Shown piece by piece: positions 54,931 to 64,000 of a stretch of 64,000 nt of DNA (positions within the stretch are counted from its first letter, which is position 1; each line of letters starts with the position of its first letter). This DNA comes from Nitrospirales bacterium. Lineage in GTDB: Bacteria; Nitrospirota; Nitrospiria; Nitrospirales; UBA8639. The stretch spans positions 1-64,000 of the forward strand of contig CBDBCZ010000009.1 in the NCBI GenBank assembly GCA_965203295.1, in the 5' to 3' direction. The translations under genes were made by a program, and so were the position numbers. Under the pieces are notes generated by a model. The model was not told where the DNA came from, searched no databases, and was given only the letters and a program-made list of their open reading frames with translations.

Positions 54931-55207
54931 TTATTGCACAAAGATCTCAATCAGTTCAATGGGGGTGTCCTCATTACTGAACATCTCCTCGCCACATATT
55001 CTCACTTCAATATCGTCAGTTGTAGGCTCAGCTACGCTTTTACAAAAGAATGGTGGACCATTCAGCTCGCAGCAAGTGCTTCCTGACCCACAGTCCTCTC
55101 CATCCCAGAGTGGGTCATCAGGGTAAAATAGACCATTAGTATGATCACCAGTAATACCAGTCTCACAGAAGTAGTCCTGCCCCACGAAAGAAGGAATGGA
55201 TTGTGTA
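54931..55207 (-). pseudogene. 3' fragment of the secreted protein family (open frame, no 5' part)
   Basis: IPSFVGQDYFCETG...CGEEMFSNEDTPIELIEIFVQ*, plus the family 3'UTR at ~54790. Confidence 0.9.
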
Positions 55208-55404
55208 CGGACTGCACTGACAAATCAGGTTAACACTTTACATTATAAACTGTACTATAAAACCAAGGGTCTGGCTAGGGCCAGCCAAACCCAAGACTGG
55301 GGTGAAAACTTACATGTGGTACAACGTGAGGAAAAAAAAGCTGAAAAAACCTCACTATAACAAAGTAAAAGATTACAACACACAGCTGTAATTTGCAATA
55401 CTCA

Positions 55405-55467
55405 AATTGCACAAATTAAAGATCTCAATCTGTCCCATAGGAATGTCCTCAATAGGATGGTCCTGTA
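55405..55467 (-). pseudogene. Very short degenerate 3' tip of the same family
   Basis: TTGCACAAAttAAAGATCTCAATC..ATAGGAATGTCCTC (EDIP..IEIF..VQ), plus the family 3'UTR motif at ~55278. Confidence 0.7.
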
Positions 55468-55980
55468 GCCAAGAAGGATACAATAATTAGGCAGTTAAGC
55501 TCCTTCCTGTTAGTGTGCTACTGTTGCTTTCACACAGTATGAATACAGTTATGCATTCCTTCCATACCTACATACCCTGTGGTTGTTTATACAGGTAAAG
55601 TACCCAGACACCTACATATGTACATGCCAGTGTACTAACAGTGTCTGGGACTGACATTTGGCTGTGTAAGTGGATAATTATCACAGGACACATTGATACT
55701 GTGCTCATTATGCAAAACAAGAGTAGCTAACAGTTACACCAACAAAAGCAGGTTAGCACTGAAGTAGTAAAAACACAGAAACTATAGCAGACAGCAGTAT
55801 AACACCACGGACGCAAATGAAAATATTGAGCCATGGACCAGCCCAACCCATGACAGGGAAAAAACAAAATCGAGGAAAAAAAAACTGAATCGGATAAAAA
55901 ATCCTCACCATAGAAAAACCCAAAATAAAAGATTATAACACACTACTGTAGCTACATATAATTTGCATCACTCAAATTAA

Positions 55981-56478
55981 TTAGTGCACAAAGATCTCAA
56001 TGAGTTCAAAAGGAGTGTCCTCATTAGAAAAGTCCTGTTCAGCACATACGTATTCTCACTTTAATATTGTCAGTTGTAGGCTCAATTAGACTTTTACAGA
56101 AGAATGGCGGATCATTCAGCTCGCAGCAAGTACTTCCTGACCCACATCCCTCTCCATCCCAGAGTGGGTTATCAAGATGAAATCCAGGAGCAAATTCACC
56201 AATAATATAACACCAGTCTCACAGAAGTAGTTCTGCCCAACAAAAGAAGGAATGGATTGTGTACTTAGCATATTGGCGCAAGGACAGACAGACAGAAGTT
56301 CGCTGGTTCGCTCTGTCAGTAAAGCAGCAAATGTCCAAATATGCTTTTTCTCTATTCCACGCGTGATAACTACTTCATCCACATAGGGGTCCTCAATTCT
56401 AGTGAACGATGATAGGGAGTAGCCAGCAAACGCAATTGTAGATACAAACTGGTAGCCTATAATTCTGCCACAAATGAG
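55981..56478 (-). pseudogene. 3'-half fragment of the secreted protein family, frameshifted
   Basis: ICGRIIGYQF..IEDPYVDEVVITRG..HIWTFAA..QNYFCETG..DNPLWDGEGCG..; a 4-bp insertion at ~56047. Confidence 0.9.
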
Positions 56479-58882
56479 ATATTGTAAACCAGCATAGCTT
56501 TTGCCTGCACAGCCTGCCCACTCAAAGCCACATGATTAGCTGAGAATGGGATAGCAATTGCAGGAAATTTCTTTACATTAGCCATGGCAACAACAGGGGT
56601 ACTACCCACGGAATACAGATACTATCTGCAGTTACAAATTAAACTTTAATTTACACTTACCCACCACTTCGAGCACTGGATGGGATGGGATGGGGATAGA
56701 ATAGATCTCGAACTTTCATACTCAATTAGCTGTAACGAGTTTTTATGTAAACAGAGCAGTGGGAAGTTACATATACATGTAGGTGCATACCAATACCACA
56801 TGTCCAGAGGAAGTAGGACATGTGCCCACTGAGCATGTCTCAACAGTATCACTTAGTGATAGGTGGGCTGTATGATGCGAGCTGCTTTTGTGTTAACATT
56901 AAACTAGCTATATGATGGAACGTTCTTAATTACCCAATACACAATTTTATACCCATTACACAATTTTATACCGGTCACATATTTAAACCGGTCACATATA
57001 TTTTCATTAATCTGCCATGCTATGTAGCCATACCAATTTGTCAAAGCACTGGATTAAAAGGCCTAGGACACAGAACATCGACCCTTGGCCCAGAGGATAT
57101 ATGGCAGATAATGAACATTCCCTGGATGGGCAATAGAAGAGCAGGTAGCTAATCACTTGGGGACAGGTGGCTGCAACAGGACATTCCTACACAAAAACCA
57201 TGGCAACAACTGGTTACCATGTAAACTAAACAAAGAGAGATAACAGATGCAAAGTACATGTGTATTTCAGTGGATCTGAGTCTGAGAGCAAGCTAGATTG
57301 AATTACCCTCCACAGCAACTCCATCTTCATGTACAGTTGCCAACCTCAGCCTAATTAGGCCATGGGAGAAACACATTGGAGAGCAGGTTAGTACTGGTTT
57401 ATATGCATCACGACACCAGAGGACATGATCCCTAGGGGATAATATCTCCTCAGCTAGGTCCGTGTAGAAGGATAAGTGTATCCTACCATCATTGGTGGAC
57501 TTCTAGAATGTATAAAGATGTTGCTCATATGGACCTGTTGGTGAGTATTATCAAATGCCATGTCCTCCCTTTTCTGGACGTAATTATCTCTATGTTCCCA
57601 CTACTTTGTTTACATGGTACCCAGTTGTTGCCATGGCTATTGTATAGGAATTTTGTGCAGTTGCTATCCCATCTAGGTTGCCCCTACCCACGTCTTTGAG
57701 TGGGCAGGCTGTGTAGGCAGTATGCTGGTTCATAATACAGTAAAGCAATTATGGACTCAGGTTGATGTATAATAACACACTAACTATACGTAAAAAAAAT
57801 TGGCGAATGTAGGGCACTGTCATGCATGCATCATTGTGGGGTAAATGTGAGCAAGTGCATATGCACGTGTACATCATTAATATTAGTTTAAGATTTCATG
57901 CAGCCTGTGTGTAAGACCTTTTGTTAGTGTGTATGATCTCCCTCTGCCCTGCATGCTGTGGTATCTGCTACTTTTTTTCACTTATGTCTGGCTACACCTT
58001 ACAGTGTAGTCTGGCCTCTCTCTGCTTTCCTGGCTACTGGTTGCTAATGGAAAGTCTCTAAACTATTATCTGGAACATCATTGCCATGTTATTAGAGTAT
58101 GTACCATAGTTGTATTCCCAAGTTACTCATAGGACATGAGGGTGTGTTCCTTAATTGCTCTACAAGCCACTTAATGTCATTACTACAGACATACCCAGCA
58201 CGTCTCAACAATCGAATATCACTTAACGACAGGTGGGTTGTAAGATGTGAACTGCTGTTGTGTTAGCAATACAATGGTATGTTCTTACCCAACACACAAT
58301 TTTATGTCGGTCATTAATTCGCCATGGCCATGTGGCCAACTACACACTGGGCTGTTCACAATAAGTTGAATTGTAGTATGTAGTTTTTGTCCTTTCCTCA
58401 GTCCTCATGATATGTCATATACAGATCGAGAATTTACTAACTGAAATGAATTGTACCTCCTTAATGAGGTTTGATATATCACAGGAGGTTGTGGGTGGCT
58501 TAATTTTAATTTCTTGAAAGCTGTAAGGTGGCTAATACGTCTGATTGATGGTATTGACTCAGAGTTTGCCATGGCATTCAGTGCCTATATATAACTACAG
58601 TGATAGCATCACCTCATCAAGTGACTATAATTAGCATGCATAATGGCCTTCCTGTCATTGAATTCACGAGAATATAATTATAATTAAGTTTTTATCTTGG
58701 ATGTCTGGGATGTGTATCATTCCAGCTACTGTGTGTGTGCTGATTAAAATTGCCAGCCACACACTGTACTGTATTAATCTTTTCAGTAATGCATTCAGTG
58801 GCGCCAGCTATTAATTTGTACATGTCCTCCTCTCTCCACTGGAACGTGCCTGAATTTGGTACTTTATATCCCATGCTAAGTG

Positions 58883-58889
58883 TATATAA
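58883..58889 (+). promoter_or_regulatory. TATA box of paralog 2
   Basis: TATATAA then CCCAGTCACA; a conserved upstream block is shared with 62760-62900. Confidence 0.7.
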
Positions 58890-58956
58890 GGCATGCAGTT
58901 CCCAGTCACAACGATCACACTCTCTAACGTAGTTCGACATGAGCTGTTTAGCCACA

Positions 58957-60033
58957 ATGAGTAGTAAAGTTTTGTACTCAGTTCTTGCACTCGTTCTAGC
59001 TGCTGAACTTCAGCTCACTTCATGCCAGGAAGGTGTGACTAGCCAGCATGACAATAGCTCACTACCAGTGAGTTACCCTGCTACAGTACTGGAGGGAGGG
59101 GGGCAGGTCTGTCCTCCTGAGGAGCAACTGGAGATGGCCAGAGCTGAAATTGCTGAAGATATTCTGAACACTATTCGAAACAATATCCTTTGTCCAGGTC
59201 AAGTCCAGGAGAATCCAGCATCATCCTGTCTTGAAGTGTCACAGTGCAACCCCCAACTCCCGTCAGAGTACTACTGGATCACCAGCTCTAATGGAACAGC
59301 TGTTCGGGTCTATTGCGACATGACCAGGGAGTGTAGTTGTAACAGTACTAGTGTTGGAGGATGGTCTCGTGTGGCCTACCTCAACATGACTGACCCTACC
59401 CACCAGTGTCCACCAGCATGGAGGGAGATCGCAGAGCCTGTGAGAACGTGTGGAAGAACCAATGAAACTGTGCCACGTCCTGGTCAACCCGATAATCTGG
59501 GTGGCTGCAGCTCAGTCTCTTTCAGTACCTACAATATCTCATTTTCTCACATTTGTGGTAGAATTATAGGCTATCAGCTTGGAAGTCCGGAGGCATTTGC
59601 TGCCTATCCTGCCGAATATTCCAGAATAGAGGATCCCTTTGTGGATGGAGTGGTTATCACACGTGGAACAGAGAAACAGCATGTTTGGACATTTGCTGCT
59701 TCAAACCGTGAGCTGCAGTCCGCTTTTGAGGGTGTCTGTCCTTGCACCAATAGTTTAAGTCCACAACAAATTCCTTCTTTTGTGGAGCAGGACTACTTCT
59801 GTGAAACTGGTGTTACTAGTGGTTTGAGTGAATTTGTATTCTACCCTGATGACCCACTCTGGGATGGAGAAGACTGTGGGCCAGAAAGTACTTGCTGCGA
59901 GCTGAACAATCCACCGTACTTTTGTAAGGGTCTAACTGAGCCTACAACCGATGATATTGAAGTGAGAATATGTGCCAATGAGCTGCTTCGTGCTGACACT
60001 CCTATTGAACTAATTGAGATCTTTGTGCAATAA
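58957..60033 (+). CDS. Secreted Cys-rich fibrinogen-like protein, 358 aa, intronless (paralog 2); alternative in-frame ATG at 58939
   Basis: Intact ORF, GCCACAATG context, signal peptide, same framework as 46572-47654. Confidence 0.88.
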   Translation: MSSKVLYSVLALVLAAELQLTSCQEGVTSQHDNSSLPVSYPATVLEGGGQVCPPEEQLEMARAEIAEDILNTIRNNILCPGQVQENPASSCLEVSQCNPQLPSEYYWITSSNGTAVRVYCDMTRECSCNSTSVGGWSRVAYLNMTDPTHQCPPAWREIAEPVRTCGRTNETVPRPGQPDNLGGCSSVSFSTYNISFSHICGRIIGYQLGSPEAFAAYPAEYSRIEDPFVDGVVITRGTEKQHVWTFAASNRELQSAFEGVCPCTNSLSPQQIPSFVEQDYFCETGVTSGLSEFVFYPDDPLWDGEDCGPESTCCELNNPPYFCKGLTEPTTDDIEVRICANELLRADTPIELIEIFVQ

Positions 60034-62893
60034 TTACTTGTGTATAGCTACAGCAGTGTGTTGCAAGTTTTATTTTGGGTTTTTCTATGGTGATAGCTAA
60101 CTCAGTTTTTTTCCCTTACATTGCACCATAGTTTTTTCCCTGCCATCGGTTGGGCTGGCCCATGGCTAAATATTTTAGTTACAGTCCCTTGCTTTTTATA
60201 CTGTTCACTAGTATATACGTATTATCCTGCTTGTAGCTTTTACTTTTGTTTGTACATTTTTACATATTGTCAAGCATACAAAGTTCTAAAGTCAAGCTGC
60301 GGAAACATCTTTCTAATATGCGATACTTCACCAGCGTGTCTACAGTGATGTAGAATGACAGTTTTATCCCCTGCTGTGTTGTTGCCATGGCTACTGTCTA
60401 GGAATTTCCAGATGTAGTCAGGTAATTGCCATCCTACTCACACAGTTTTGAGTGGGCATGCAGGTTGTGCAGGCAGTGTGCTGTTTCACAATGCAGTGAA
60501 GTATTGATACACACAGGTAGTAAGTTGTGTCACGTATACTACGTGAATGCAGGATATTGTGGGGTGAGCATAAGTAGTGCATATGTATCTGTGTGATCCA
60601 ATGTAGCTGAGTGTGCATGAGACTGATGACTTTTGTTTCGAATGTACAATGAGTCTGCATGTTCTCCCTCTGCCTTGTGATACCTGCTGCTTCCTTTTAC
60701 TTATGTATATGCCTGGCTACCCCTATGGTCTGCAGTTTGTTTTCAGTACCGTGTGGTCTGGCCTCTCTCTGCTTTCCTGGCTACTGGTTGCTAAGGGGAT
60801 GTTAATTCTAAGCTATTTTCGTGATGTCATTGCAATTGTATTAATGTATTCCCAAGTTATCGAAAGATCGACATGAGTGTGTTTTCCTTAATTGCTTTTA
60901 CATAATATTATAGAAGCCACTTAAACTCACTACTACAGACATACTCATGTGCCCTCTGAGCCCGTCTCAGCAAAGTCAGTGAACATGTACGTATGGATTG
61001 TAAGATATGAATTGCTGCATTGTTCGATATGTCTGTCACTTGGGTTCCTATACAACACATATATCTTTTTAAATGTCATAAATGCTACAAACCTACATGG
61101 ACTAAACACACTTAAAAAAATGAAACTAGTTATAGATCTTCCATGTGATCACATTTTCTCAAACAATACCTTCAGAACCATTCAATGAATGAGCACAGTT
61201 ACTGTAATAAAAGGAAGGAACTGTTGTGTGGCTGACCCCACCCTCCAGTTTCAGCCCCACCAAACCTCTTGCATTAGATATGCACATGTAATTATTGTAC
61301 AACTGCCATTGGATATGTATCAAATTAGGTACTTGCATGGGTATACAGTACATTGTTTGACAATAGAGTGTATATATAGAACTTCAGATCCAGTCATAGT
61401 ATTTCAGCACAGTAACCAAGATTAGTTGTCAGAATATCTTATTCCTATCTGACCTACTCGGTACATATTACAATATCGGTTCCCACTGTTATGTATAAGT
61501 ATATACATTGTACCCTGTTGTTGCCATGGATTATGTGTAGGAATTTCCTATTATTGCTATCCCATTCTCAGCTAATCAGGTGGCTTCGAGTGGGCAGGCT
61601 GTGCAGGCAGTATGCTGGTTCACAATACAGTGTATACTAACTAGGTGAATATAGGGCTTTGTCATGCATGATTGTGAATACAGGTGCATATGCATGCATA
61701 CATCATCAATATCAGTTGAAATTTCATGGCACCAGTGTGCATGAAACTGTGCTGTGTGCTGTTGCCATGGCCATTGTATAGGAATTTGCTGTTGTTGCTA
61801 TCAGCTAATCAGGTGGCTTTGAGTGGGCGGGCTATGCAGGTACGTAGTGTGCTAGTTAACAATAGAGTATATGATTGTTGTGTGAGCATGTGCAATATCA
61901 CTTAAGATTTCATGCAGCAGCCAGTTGTGCATGAAATGTATGAATCTTGTTAGTCTGCACGATCTTCCTCTGCCCTGTGGCAGTGATTGCATACAATGAT
62001 TTCCCTCTGCCCGTGGTATCGCAGCCCTGCTTTCTTTCACTTATGCCTGGCTATACCCCTACGGTCTGGAGTTTGTTTTCAGTACAGTGTAGTCTGGCCT
62101 CTCTCTGCTTTCCTGGCTACTGGTTGCTAAGGGGACGTCTCTAAACAATGTTTAGAACATTATTGCAATGTTATCACTTCAGAGTATGTACTGCAGTTGT
62201 ATTCCCAAGTTACTCCTACTCAAAAGATGGACATGAATGTGTGTGTTCTGTAATTGCTCTACAGGAAGCCCACTTAAACATTACTACAGACATACTCATG
62301 TGCCCACTGAGCACGTCTCAACAAAATCATTTAACAATCATGATTTAACGACATACAGGTGGGGTGCAAAATGTGAACTACGGTTATGTTAACATTATAT
62401 AATATTTATGGTACGTTCCTACCCAAAACACAATTTTATGTCAGTCACAGAGCTTATTATTAATCCACCATGCCTTGTGGGCAACTACACAGTGTTGTTC
62501 ACAGTAAGTTAGGACCTATTAGTTTGTAATTCTTCCTTCCTCAGTCTCTGTGTCATATCATGATTGGCAAATTTACAGACTTGTGACTCCGCAATGCAGT
62601 TTAATATATCGTAAGAGCTGATGGTAGACATTGATTTTAATTTTTACTGTAAGGTGGCTAATGTACTGTCTGATTGAATTCACGAGAATAAATGCTCTTA
62701 TGTTAGGATGTCTGGAATGTGTACCATTCCAGCTGCTGTGTGTGTGCTCTAGTAAAGCTACTGATTAAAGAAATTGCTAGCCGAAACACTGTACTGTATT
62801 AATCTTCAGTGGCGCCATCTATTAATTTGTACATGTCCTCCTCTCTCCACTGGAACGTGCATTAATTAGGTACTTTATATCCCAATCCTAGCG

Positions 62894-62900
62894 TATATAA
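62894..62900 (+). promoter_or_regulatory. TATA box of paralog 3
   Basis: TATATAA followed by CCCAGTCACA. Confidence 0.65.
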
Positions 62901-62961
62901 AGCAAATCCCAGTCACAGCGATCACATTCTGATGTATTTCAGCCCGAGCTGTTCAGCCACA

Positions 62962-63945
62962 ATGAGTAGTAGCATTTTTTACACAGTTTTTGCACTCATT
63001 CTAGCTGCTGAACTTCAGCTCACTTCATGCCAGGAAGGTGTGACTAGCCAGCATGACAACCGTACATTACCAGTAGCTTACTCTGCTACAGTACTGGAGG
63101 GAGGGGGGCAGGTTTGTCCTCCTGAGGAGCAACTGGAGATGGCCAGAGCTGAAATTGCTGAAGACATTTTGAACATTGTTCGCAGTAACATCCTTGACGT
63201 ACACTGTCCAGGTCAAGTCCAGGAGAATCCAGCATTATCCTGTCTTGAAGTGTCACAGTGCAACCCTCAACTCCCGTCTGAGCACTACTGGATCACCAGC
63301 TCTAATGAAACAGCTGTTCAGGTCTATTGTGACATGACCAGGGAGCTAGTGTAGTTGTAGCAGTGCTAGTGTTGGAGGATGGTCTCGTGTGGCCTACCTC
63401 AACATGACTGACCCTACCCACCAGTGCCCACCAGCCTGGAGGGAGATCACAGTCATTTTCTCACATTTGTGGTAGAATTCTAGGCTACCAGTTTGGATCT
63501 CCAGATGCTTTTCGTTCCTACACCCTCTCACACTTCACTAGAATAGAGGACCCCTATGTGGATGGAGTGGTTGTCACGCGTGGAACAGCGAAAGAGCATG
63601 TTTGGACATTTGCTGCTTCACTCCAGTCTGCCGAGGTTCCTTATGCTGTCTGTCCTTGCACCAGTAGTCAAAGTACGCAATCCATTCCATCCTTCATGGG
63701 GCAGGACTACTTCTGGTATTACTAGTGGTTGGAGCAATGGTGGATTTTACCCTGATGGTGACCCACTCTGGGATGGAGAGGGCTGTGGGTCAGGAAGCAC
63801 TTGCTGCGAGCTGAATGGACCACCATACTTTTGTAAAAGTCTAACTGAGTCTACAGCTGATGATATTGAAGTGAGAATTTGTTCTGATGAGAACCTTAGT
63901 CTCGCAGACACTTCGATTCAACTGATTGAGATCTTTGTGCAATAA
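62962..63945 (+). pseudogene. Full-length pseudogene of the secreted family (paralog 3)
   Basis: 4-bp CTAG insertion at ~63346 gives a stop at 63354; ~110-bp deletion at ~63451; short deletion at ~63712; ends IEIFVQ*. Confidence 0.9.
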
Positions 63946-64000
63946 TGAATGGAATGATGTAAATTGTAATTGTAGTTACAATAGTGTGTTGTAATTTTAT

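Larger units (their letters stand above)
57590..64000 (+). repeat. ~4-kb-offset segmental duplication of gene plus upstream region
   Basis: ~57590-60060 is colinear with ~61490-64000 (ATGs at 58957 and 62962); ~60370-61100 is a further partial copy of the upstream repeat. Confidence 0.75.

Overview
Eukaryotic, repeat-rich DNA, probably from a demosponge (inferred from the protein families, not verified). (1) 1-2931 is an intact APE+RT LINE with a pure poly(A) tail. (2) 3051-25939 is a ~23 kb complex satellite built from three module types (~480, ~545 and ~215 bp), joined by a conserved ~45-bp dyad core. It switches strand at ~15385. One module carries a fossil Penelope-like GIY-YIG 3' end and half a hammerhead ribozyme. 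Older, degenerate monomers flank it to ~28260. (3) 34785-40711 is a giant intronless gene encoding a signal peptide, Pmp-like GGA/FxxN repeats, a Cys-rich region and a multi-pass TM domain. It is split by a single 1-bp frameshift and preceded by the remnant of a tandem paralog. (4) 46.5-64 kb is a cluster of at least six copies of a secreted, Cys-rich, fibrinogen-like protein (2 intact, 1 full-length pseudogene, 3 3'-fragments) with a conserved framework and hypervariable loops. MITEs (TA, TTAA and 9-bp TSD types), Penelope fragments, palindromes and microsatellites are interspersed. All family calls come from reading motifs by eye; no searches were run.
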